A program made the position numbers and the translations under genes. A DNA stretch of 64,000 nt. It comes from Nitrospirota bacterium. Lineage in GTDB: Bacteria > Nitrospirota > Nitrospiria > Nitrospirales > NS-4. The stretch spans positions 4,803 to 68,802 of the forward strand of contig VBOG01000028.1 of assembly GCA_005877815.1 (NCBI GenBank), written 5' to 3'. Positions within the stretch are counted from its first letter, which is position 1, and each line of letters begins with the position of its first letter. Below the pieces are notes generated by a model. The model searched no databases and was not told the DNA's origin. It saw nothing but the letters and a program-made list of their open reading frames with translations. Shown here piece after piece: positions 56,704-64,000 of this stretch.

Positions 56704-58455
56704 CTACACCTGGAACTGGGCGTCGTAGAGCGTGCGATAGATGCCGCCGCGGGCGAGCAAGACCTCGTGCGTGCCCTCTTCCACCAGACGGCCGCCGTCC
56801 ACGACGAAGATCCGGTCCACGTGGCGCAACGTGGACAGCCGATGAGCAATGATGAAGGTCGTGCGGTTGCGGGTCAGCTCTTCGAGAGCCTCCCTGATCT
56901 TCACCTCGGTCTCGGTATCGATGTTGGAGGTCGCTTCATCGAAGATGATGATCGGAGGGTCCTTCAAGAGCACCCGTGCAATCGAGATGCGCTGCTTCTG
57001 CCCGACGGAGAGCTTGACGCCCCGCTCCCCGATCCATGTGTCGTACTTCTCCGGAAGTTCGTCCACGAATTCGTGGGCGCGGGCCGCGCGCGCGACTTCC
57101 TCGATGCGGGAAGATGACGACGAGAGGTCGCCGTATGCGATATTTTCCAGCACGGTTCCATTGAAGAGAAACGGCTCTTGCTGGACGAGCCCGATCTGCT
57201 CTCGAACGTAGGCCAGCGGCAGGTCACGGAGATCGTAACCGTCCAGCAGGATGGCCCCCTCCGTGACGTCGTAGAAGCGCATCACGAGTTTGATCAGCGT
57301 GCTCTTGCCGGCGCCTGATGGTCCCACCAGTGCCACCCGCTCCCCCGCCTTCACCTCAAAATTGACGTCCTTGAGCACAGGAATATCCGGCCGGTAATGA
57401 AAGGACACGTGGCGCGCGGCGACGTCGCCCCGTAGTCTGCCGGCGGGACGGACGACTCCGGGCCGATCCGTCACTTCCGGTGGAGTGTCCAGAACTTCGA
57501 AGACACGCTCTCCGGCCGCCAAGGCGTGCTGGAGCATATGGTTCACTGAATGGATCTGATTGATCGGCACATAGAACAGCGCCAGATAGCTCAGAAAGGC
57601 GACCAGTTCGCCCACGGTCAGCGCCCCCTTCATGACCTCGCCGGTTCCATACCAGAGGATGATCACGCTGCCGAGACTGCCGACGAAGATCATGCTGGGG
57701 GAATACATGGACCACAGCGTCATCACGCGGAGGTTGCTGTCGGAATAGGCGCGGCTGCGCTCGTTAAACCGTTGTTGCTCGTGCGTCTCCCGGTTGAAGC
57801 CCATGATTTCGCGAATCCCAGACAGCGCATCCTGAAGATAGGCGTTCAGTTCGGCGGTGCTCTCGCGGACGCCGCGGTAGAAGCCGTGGACCTTGCCGGT
57901 GAAATAGGACGCGGAGTAGACGAGCACCGGAATCGGCAGCAAGGACAGGACCGCGAGCTTCCAATTGAGGGAGAACAGGATGATCGAGATGCCGATCAGC
58001 GTCAGCGACGACATGAGCAGCGATTCCAGACCGTCGATGAAGATGCGTTCCACGTGCTCCACATCGTTATTGATGCGGCTCATGATCTCGCCGGTGGAAC
58101 GATTTTCGTAGTAACTGACGGACAGGCGCTGGAGGGCGGCATAGACTTCCGATCGCAGGTCATAGACCACCTGCTGCTCCAGCGTGTTGTTGAAGCGGAT
58201 GCGGAGCGACGCCGCGACATTTTTCCCGGCGTGCGCCAGCAGCAGCGCGCCGATGATCAGCGGCAGGAGAGCGGGGCGATGGTCTCCGATCACATCATCA
58301 ATGATGATCTTGACCAGCCAGGGAGGAAGGAGTTCCACGGCGGCGGCGACCGCCGCAGCGCCGAACGTGAGCGCGGCGAGCCGCCAGTACGGCCGGATGT
58401 ACCTGAGAACGCGAAGCAGGGATTTCAGATGACTTCCACCGAGTCGGTCCGCCAA
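56704..58455 (-). CDS. ABC exporter, fused permease/ATPase (MsbA-like)
   Basis: Six-TM domain plus Walker A GPSGAGKST, signature LSVGQKQR and Walker B IIIFDEATS. Confidence 0.9.
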   Translation of the reverse strand: MADRLGGSHLKSLLRVLRYIRPYWRLAALTFGAAAVAAAVELLPPWLVKIIIDDVIGDHRPALLPLIIGALLLAHAGKNVAASLRIRFNNTLEQQVVYDLRSEVYAALQRLSVSYYENRSTGEIMSRINNDVEHVERIFIDGLESLLMSSLTLIGISIILFSLNWKLAVLSLLPIPVLVYSASYFTGKVHGFYRGVRESTAELNAYLQDALSGIREIMGFNRETHEQQRFNERSRAYSDSNLRVMTLWSMYSPSMIFVGSLGSVIILWYGTGEVMKGALTVGELVAFLSYLALFYVPINQIHSVNHMLQHALAAGERVFEVLDTPPEVTDRPGVVRPAGRLRGDVAARHVSFHYRPDIPVLKDVNFEVKAGERVALVGPSGAGKSTLIKLVMRFYDVTEGAILLDGYDLRDLPLAYVREQIGLVQQEPFLFNGTVLENIAYGDLSSSSSRIEEVARAARAHEFVDELPEKYDTWIGERGVKLSVGQKQRISIARVLLKDPPIIIFDEATSNIDTETEVKIREALEELTRNRTTFIIAHRLSTLRHVDRIFVVDGGRLVEEGTHEVLLARGGIYRTLYDAQFQV

Positions 58456-58958
58456 TACTGGTCGAACTCTTCGATTTGGGTGAGGGTGGACAAATCTGTC
58501 ATCCGATCCAGGAAGAGCTTCCCTTGGAGGTGATCGATCTCATGTTGAACGCAGATGGCGTAGAGGCCGGAGGCGTCAAGTTCCACGGGTTTGCCGTCTC
58601 GATCCAGAAATTTCACGCGCACTCCCACCGCGCGTTTGACCTTCCCGCGCAGGCCGTCCACGCTCAGACACCCCTCCCATCCTTCCGCCGTCACGGGAGA
58701 CAACCCGACAATCGTCGGGTTGATCATGATGGTCTGGGGAAACCCATGCTCCTCACCCTTGCACTCCATCACTAACACCTGCTCGGAATGAGAGACCTGA
58801 GGCGCGGCGAGACCGATGCCATCGGCCGCCACCATCGTCTCAAGCATGTCGTCCAGGAATTGCTGGAAGGCTCGCGTGCCGATCGTGTCGGGTGGCACGG
58901 ATTCGGCAATCTGCCGAAGAACCGGGGCACCTAATTTGACGATTTTCAGGACGGCCAT
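58425..58958 (-). CDS. def: peptide deformylase
   Basis: GIGLAAPQ, EGCLSV and QHEIDHL motifs. Confidence 0.9.
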   Translation of the reverse strand: MAVLKIVKLGAPVLRQIAESVPPDTIGTRAFQQFLDDMLETMVAADGIGLAAPQVSHSEQVLVMECKGEEHGFPQTIMINPTIVGLSPVTAEGWEGCLSVDGLRGKVKRAVGVRVKFLDRDGKPVELDASGLYAICVQHEIDHLQGKLFLDRMTDLSTLTQIEEFDQYWRTDSVEVI

Positions 58959-59038
58959 TTCGACGCGTCTACAATCCTCTTGGGTGTAGAACTATGGTAA
59001 CACGGGGACTTCAATGACGACAAGGGCCGGCGCGATTC

Positions 59039-59800
59039 CTACTTGTCGGCCCCGCCGCCTTGAATCGCAGGTTGGTCCGGGACCGGTGGCATGGGAAAGC
59101 CTCCAGGCGGCATGTTGGGTTCGGGGGGGCGGCTGACGCGATCGGGAGCGAATTGGTAACTCTCCCGAACCCCGCTCCACCACTGCGCCCACTCCTTCGA
59201 CCATGCGACGCGTTCCTCCTTGGTCGATTGAACGAAATCCTGCCGCTCCACCAGCCGCCCGGTGAATCCCCACAGCGTGCGAAGGGCGCCGTCAGCCACG
59301 CTCTTGGAGTCATCCGCCAACAGGCCAATCAAGAGATCAATGACCGCCTTGTCCTTGACGTTGCGCGCTTCATACGCCACCGCATTGCGAATCGCCTCAT
59401 TCGGATCACGCGCCATCGCCTGCAGCGCCGGCACGGCATTCACGGGATCCAGCCGGATCGCGGTTCGAAGCGCTTTCTCCCGTACGGCGGGAATTTCCTC
59501 AATGTTCGAGGCGAGGGCGTTGAGGAACGGCACCGCCGACTTGTCCTTGGTCAAGTACAGCGATTCGATGGCATTCATGCGCACGCGCCGGCTTGGATGT
59601 TTCAGGGCCTCCGCCAGAACCGGCACGGCCGGCGGTCCCATATGCACAAACTCGCTGATCGCCCAAAATTCCTGCTTGCCTTCCAAGAGGGGGATCAGCG
59701 CTTCGGCGCGTTTGGTCTCCTCCTCGGTGAGTGCGAAAGAGGTCTCGCCTCCCCCCATCATCAGGCCCAGACCGAGTACGACCACAGCTAATCGCAGCAT
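59039..59800 (-). CDS. exported HEAT/PBS-lyase-like repeat protein with Pro-rich C-terminus
   Basis: Signal peptide MLRLAVVVLGLGLMMG and repeated ...AVPVLAEALKHPSRRVRMNAIESL.../...AVPALQAMARDPNEAIRNAVAYE... units. Confidence 0.6.
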   Translation of the reverse strand: MLRLAVVVLGLGLMMGGGETSFALTEEETKRAEALIPLLEGKQEFWAISEFVHMGPPAVPVLAEALKHPSRRVRMNAIESLYLTKDKSAVPFLNALASNIEEIPAVREKALRTAIRLDPVNAVPALQAMARDPNEAIRNAVAYEARNVKDKAVIDLLIGLLADDSKSVADGALRTLWGFTGRLVERQDFVQSTKEERVAWSKEWAQWWSGVRESYQFAPDRVSRPPEPNMPPGGFPMPPVPDQPAIQGGGADK

Positions 59801-59810
59801 TGAGACCCCG

Positions 59811-60530
59811 CTATTTTTTGATGATCGTGGATTCCGTGCCGCCCAGCGGCGTGCTGCCCGTGCCGCCGTCCATGGAACTGTAGCGGACGTCATCGAAATG
59901 AGTCGCGGCCGGCCCGCGCGCCCACAACCCCACCTTGCCCTGTTTGTAGCGTCCGAACTCCCACGCGCCTTCGTGAGCCGCGATGATCTGCCGGTTATCG
60001 AAAAGCGCCTCCATTTCCGAGCCGCGGATCGTCAGGCGCAAAGAATGCCACTTGCCGGTTTCCATGGACTCCACGCTCAGGTCTCCAAGCGTCTTCGCTT
60101 CTCCGTTGACGACTTTATCGATGCGGACGAGCTTTTCCTGAGGGCTGAGCCACACCACGTAGTAATTGCGCTCGTCGTCCGCGCGGAACACGACGCCGCC
60201 GCCCTGGCCGTCTCCTCCGGCCGCCGCCTTGATGCGCACCGTCAGGTCCAGATTCATCGCTTCGACGCCATCGAGAAAGATCACCTGGGACGCGGAACTG
60301 GTCTTGCCGGAAGGGATTCGATCGAGTACGTTCGGACGAGAGACCGCCTTGGCATCCGAGGCGACTTCCCACCGTCCCGCCTCACCGTCCGTCTTGCCGA
60401 TGACGAACCCGGTCGGCGGATTTCCCGGCGCATCTTTGTCGAAGGACCATTCCAGAATTGTGAAATCGGCCCATGCCGGACTTCCGCAAACCAGCGCCAC
60501 CAACGCAACTATACATATTCGTCGTAACAC
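59811..60530 (-). CDS. secreted concanavalin/LamG-like jelly-roll protein (DUF1080-like)
   Basis: Signal peptide ending AWA, then a beta-rich domain (GGVVFRADDERNYYVVWL..., GKVGLWARG...HFDDVRY). The family call is by resemblance only. Confidence 0.5.
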   Translation of the reverse strand: MLRRICIVALVALVCGSPAWADFTILEWSFDKDAPGNPPTGFVIGKTDGEAGRWEVASDAKAVSRPNVLDRIPSGKTSSASQVIFLDGVEAMNLDLTVRIKAAAGGDGQGGGVVFRADDERNYYVVWLSPQEKLVRIDKVVNGEAKTLGDLSVESMETGKWHSLRLTIRGSEMEALFDNRQIIAAHEGAWEFGRYKQGKVGLWARGPAATHFDDVRYSSMDGGTGSTPLGGTESTIIKK

Positions 60531-60601
60531 CGATGTCTCCTATAGATTCTGTATGCGGAAGCCTCAGTATACCGTAGCGCGTTTCAGCAAATCGAGAGAG
60601 G

Positions 60602-61660
60602 TTATTTGACTTTGAGCTCGGTCCAGGCCCGATCGTAGGCTTTAATGGTCTCGCCCACATCCTTGATCCACTCCAGCCTGGCGACGGTGTCCTGAGACGG
60701 ATAGATGGCGGGGTTCTGGGCAATCTCTTTCGGCAGCAACACACGCGCCGCCTCATTGGCACTGGCATATTTCACTTTGGTCGTGATCTGGGCCGCCATC
60801 TGCGGCTCGAGGAGAAAGTTCACGAATGCCATGGCTTCATGCTTGTGAGCCGAGGTCTTCAGGATGCAGAGATTATCCTGCCAGATGGTGCCGCCCTCCT
60901 GGGGAATCACATATTTGATGGACGGTTTCTCGGCCGCCGCGCGCACGATCGTCCCGCTCCACCCATGCGCGAGCGCCACCTCGCCAGAGATCAGGAGCTG
61001 ATCGTAATTCTCGCTGGTATACGCTTTGACTAGCGGTTTTTGCGCCATCAGACGCACCTTGGCCGCCTCAAGCTTCACCAGATCCACGGTATTCAGCGAC
61101 TCGCCCGCCGAGCGAAGCGCCATGCTAAAGACTTCGCGCTCGTCATTCAGGAGACTAATCTTGCCCTTGTACCGTTCGTCCCAGAGCGCCTGCCAGCTTT
61201 GCGGCGGTGACGACACCATCTCTGCATTGTACCCGATGCCCGTCGTGCCCCAGAGATACGGAATCGAATAGGTATTCTGCGGATCGTAGTAGAGGCCTTT
61301 GAGATGCGCGTACACCTGCGCAAGGTTCGGGACCTTCGACCGATCCAGTTCGGCCAGCAACCCCTGCTTGATCATGATGGAGACCATGTAATCGGACGGC
61401 ACGACCACGTCGTAGCCTGAAGCGCCTCCCTGCAGCTTCGCGAGCAATTCCTCATTCGACCCGAACGTATCCGTCATGACATGGATGCCGAACCGCCGCT
61501 CGAACTCCTTGACGACTGTCTCCTCCGTATAGTCCGACCACGTAAACAGATGAAGCGTGACCTTCTTGGCATTGCCGTTATCCGACGATGGCGAACAGGC
61601 GGCAAGAATTAGCAGGAATGCAAAGGCGATGACGAGAACTGGCGAGCAGAGGAGGACCTT
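60602..61660 (-). CDS. potD: spermidine/putrescine ABC transporter substrate-binding lipoprotein (PotD/PotF-like), start codon unresolved
   Basis: PotD-like throughout. The lipoprotein signal ...KVLLCSPVLVIAFAFLLILAAC is present, but no in-frame ATG, GTG or TTG lies immediately upstream of or within it. The upper boundary is nominal. Confidence 0.75.
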   Translation of the reverse strand, partial: KVLLCSPVLVIAFAFLLILAACSPSSDNGNAKKVTLHLFTWSDYTEETVVKEFERRFGIHVMTDTFGSNEELLAKLQGGASGYDVVVPSDYMVSIMIKQGLLAELDRSKVPNLAQVYAHLKGLYYDPQNTYSIPYLWGTTGIGYNAEMVSSPPQSWQALWDERYKGKISLLNDEREVFSMALRSAGESLNTVDLVKLEAAKVRLMAQKPLVKAYTSENYDQLLISGEVALAHGWSGTIVRAAAEKPSIKYVIPQEGGTIWQDNLCILKTSAHKHEAMAFVNFLLEPQMAAQITTKVKYASANEAARVLLPKEIAQNPAIYPSQDTVARLEWIKDVGETIKAYDRAWTELKVK

Positions 61661-61676
61661 TTCTTGCGGGTGAGTC

Positions 61677-61931
61677 GGGAACGGGTGGCGCGTAGCGGGC
61701 GCCCTGAGCCCGGCGTGAGTAAGTCCGCGCGAGGCTTTGCGACGAACGACCGGATTGACCCGTTGCAGTCGCGCGGGTGGTGCCGCATGGGACCCAGGCG
61801 GAGCGGAGTAGCGTACAGCCGAGTCTGCGGGGCTTCGACGGCGAAACGCCGCGAGCACGTCTGGGTGATGCGGCGACACGACCCGCGCAAAGAGCAATGG
61901 GTTCCCCGGCTGAGCGACAGGACCCGTTCCC
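61677..61931 (-). repeat. hairpin repeat, copy 2 (145-nt core 61758-61902 nested in a 255-bp unit with GGGAACGGGT/ACCCGTTCCC termini)
   Basis: The core is about 83% identical to the reverse complement of 26581-26725. The outer termini are shared with 26860-27010. It occupies the potC-potD spacer. Confidence 0.85.
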
Positions 61932-61971
61932 GTGTGCGCCGACAGGCCCTGCTCCTTGATTGCAGCTTGAT

Positions 61972-62736
61972 TCATTTCCTCTGCACCCACGTCGCCACCG
62001 CCACCAGCCCCATCGAGATCACCACCAGCACCGCCGATAACGCATTCACCTCCGGCGTCACCGCCGTCTTCAGCATGCCATACACCTTGATCGGCAAAGT
62101 GGTCGAACCGACCCCGGCCAGAAAGAAGCTGATGATGAAGTCGTCCAGCGACAGCGTGAACGCCATGAGCAGCGCGCCGATGATGCCGGGCATGAGCAGC
62201 GGCAGCGTGACCCGTCGGAATGCGGTCCACGGCGTCGCGCCCAGGTCCAACGCGGCCTCTTCAAGCTGCGGGTCCAGCTTTCGCAGGCGCGCACGCACGA
62301 TCAGCGCCACGACCGGAAAGTTAAACATCGTGTGGGCAATGATGATCGTCACCAGCGAAAGCTTGACGCCGATCATGACGAAGAACAGCAGCATCGCCAC
62401 GCCCATCATGATCTCGGGGATAATGATCGGCAGCAGCAGCACGCCTTCACATGCATGAAGACCAGGGAATGCCTGGCGCTCCAAGGCCACGGCCGTCAGC
62501 ACGCCGAGCATGCCGGCGAGAATCGTCGACACCACGGCGACGATGAGGCTGTTCCAGGTTGACGATAACAACGCCTCATGGGTGAACAGCTTCGCATACC
62601 ACTGGAGCGAGAACCCCTGCCAGCGCGCGGAAAACTTTGACGCGTTGAATGAGAACACGATGAGGATCGCGATCGGGAGGTACAGGAACAGCAGGTCCGT
62701 GATGCTTGCCGCGACGATCCAATGACGGGTTTTCAT
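61972..62736 (-). CDS. potC: spermidine/putrescine ABC transporter permease PotC
   Basis: Six-TM permease with an EAA-loop-like LEEAALDLGATPWTAFRRVTLP. ATG 62736 is preferred (10 nt after the potB stop). Confidence 0.85.
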   Translation of the reverse strand: MKTRHWIVAASITDLLFLYLPIAILIVFSFNASKFSARWQGFSLQWYAKLFTHEALLSSTWNSLIVAVVSTILAGMLGVLTAVALERQAFPGLHACEGVLLLPIIIPEIMMGVAMLLFFVMIGVKLSLVTIIIAHTMFNFPVVALIVRARLRKLDPQLEEAALDLGATPWTAFRRVTLPLLMPGIIGALLMAFTLSLDDFIISFFLAGVGSTTLPIKVYGMLKTAVTPEVNALSAVLVVISMGLVAVATWVQRK

Positions 62737-62746
62737 GGTGTCTGGT

Positions 62747-63616
62747 TTACGCGAGATTTTTGGGGCCGCCTGCACGCAGATATGACATCACGGCCAGCAG
62801 CACGCCGACCATCAGGATGAAGGAGAGCGCCGACCCGAAGGGCCAGTCGCGGACCACCAGGTACTGATGTTGGATCAGATTCCCGATCATGAGCGTTCTC
62901 GCCCCCCCCAGGAGATCCGGAGTGACATACGCCCCGAGCGATGGAATGAAGACCAGGAGACAGCCCGCGATGATGCCCGGCTTGCTCAAAGGCAGAATGA
63001 TGCGCGTGAAAATTCTGACCGGGCTCGCGTAGAGATCCCACGCCGCCTCGATCAATGCAGGGTCGAGACGCTCGAGGGCCGCATACAGCGGCAAGACCAT
63101 GAACGGCAGATAGCCATAGACCAGCCCGAGCAGGACCGCACCGTCGGTGTAGAGCAGGTTCAGCGGTTGGTCAATGAGACCGGCGGAGATCAGCGCCGTA
63201 TTCAGCAACCCTTCGGTCCGCAGAATGAACATCCAGGCGTAGGTCCGCACCAGAAAGTTCGTCCAGAAGGGGATGATGACCAGCAGCAGCAGCGCGCCCT
63301 GCCAGCGTTTCGGGGCGCCCGCAATCGCATAGGCGAGCGGAAACCCGATCACAAGACAGATGGCGGAGCTGGCGACGGCGATCCAGAGCGACCGCCAGAA
63401 AATGCGCAGGTAGAGCGGATCGAGGATGCTCGTATAGTTCGAGACGGTCAGCGTCCATTCAATGCCGCCGTAGGTGCCGCGGGACGCGAAGCTGACGGCG
63501 AGGACCACGAGGAGCGGCATCAGGAAGAAGACCAGAAGGGCAGCGGCGGGCGGGACGATCAGCCAGGGAACGGTCAGTCGGCCTCGCGCGTTGAGAACGG
63601 AGTCAGCGGTCTTCAC
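62747..63616 (-). CDS. potB: spermidine/putrescine ABC transporter permease PotB
   Basis: Permease with EAA loop IEAAWDLYASPVRIFTRIILP. It overlaps potA by 4 nt. Confidence 0.85.
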   Translation of the reverse strand: MKTADSVLNARGRLTVPWLIVPPAAALLVFFLMPLLVVLAVSFASRGTYGGIEWTLTVSNYTSILDPLYLRIFWRSLWIAVASSAICLVIGFPLAYAIAGAPKRWQGALLLLVIIPFWTNFLVRTYAWMFILRTEGLLNTALISAGLIDQPLNLLYTDGAVLLGLVYGYLPFMVLPLYAALERLDPALIEAAWDLYASPVRIFTRIILPLSKPGIIAGCLLVFIPSLGAYVTPDLLGGARTLMIGNLIQHQYLVVRDWPFGSALSFILMVGVLLAVMSYLRAGGPKNLA

Positions 63617-64000
63617 TCCGTCAGGACCACGGCGTCCGCCGGGGACCAGGTCAGGGAGGCGGGTTCGCCGGCGCTAAACCGTTTGCCGGGACTCTCGCTG
63701 TTCTGCACCGCCGCTTTCCACACCTGGTTGTTCGGCAAGGTCAGCAGATAATGCGTGTCGCTTCCCGAATAGATCGCCTTGGCCACGCGCACGATCAGAT
63801 GGTTGCGACGATCGTTGGGATCCTCATGGCCGGTGTCATGGGCAAGCCGCAAACGTTCCGGCCTGATCGTCATCACGACGGATCGTCCGACGTCCAAGCC
63901 GGGAGGAGCGATCGACCGGACGACGCCGATTCCGTCCACCGCGATCGAGACGGTCTCACCGTACAATTCCTGGACTCGCCCGGACAGGCTGTTTGAGACG
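63613..64000 (-). CDS. potA: 3' part of ABC transporter ATPase PotA (gene continues beyond the right edge)
   Basis: The frame is open to base 64000 (...VSNSLSGRVQELYGETVSIAVDG...). It has a C-terminal TOBE-like regulatory tail and follows the potA-potB-potC-potD order. Confidence 0.75.
   Translation of the reverse strand, partial: VSNSLSGRVQELYGETVSIAVDGIGVVRSIAPPGLDVGRSVVMTIRPERLRLAHDTGHEDPNDRRNHLIVRVAKAIYSGSDTHYLLTLPNNQVWKAAVQNSESPGKRFSAGEPASLTWSPADAVVLTE

Noticed and set aside
60602-62230. 542-aa ORF suggesting a much longer PotD
   Set aside because: The upstream ~190 codons run through the hairpin repeat and overlap potC in another frame. They are Arg/Pro/Ala-rich and precede the signal peptide, which makes no sense for an exported lipoprotein. 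The in-frame GTG at 61858 and the FRRRSP string were considered as a Tat-like leader, but no hydrophobic h-region follows.

Overview
This is a 64-kb, gene-dense chromosomal segment of roughly 60% G+C from a diderm bacterium. The diderm call rests on LapB, an LptM-like micro-lipoprotein, AmpG, an MsbA-like exporter and sigma-54 machinery. A Nitrospirota-like origin is only my unverified impression. I call about 73 protein genes and one tRNA-Ala(CGC). I found no rRNA, CRISPR array, transposase or integrase. Most of the content is housekeeping operons: dut-rpiA-PCD; trpS; gap-pgk-tpiA-secG; ilvE; rplU-rpmA; obg-proB-proA-nadD-rsfS-lapB-gpmI-bioB; an 11-gene co-directional string argD-argF-argG-argH-(micro-lipoprotein)-(B12 radical SAM)-lysA-dapF-dapA-dapB-(hypothetical); grxD-bolA; purM-purN; an ntrY/ntrX-like pair; mazG; def; and potABCD. 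Five things deserve a second look. (1) A 145-nt long-hairpin repeat family occurs at three intergenic sites (26.6, 29.9 and 61.8 kb) with compensatory base changes between copies. One copy sits in the potC-potD spacer, where the potD-like gene has no canonical start codon. (2) A B12-binding radical SAM enzyme with a STAS-like C-terminal tail is translationally coupled to lysA. (3) A GAF histidine kinase appears to have its phospho-acceptor His replaced by Gln. (4) Near-consensus sigma-54 promoters precede two tiny stand-alone HTH regulators. (5) rsfS has only AUU/AUC available as a start codon. There are also several tight operons of unknown function. All calls come from reading the sequence and ORF track by eye, with no database search or folding program.
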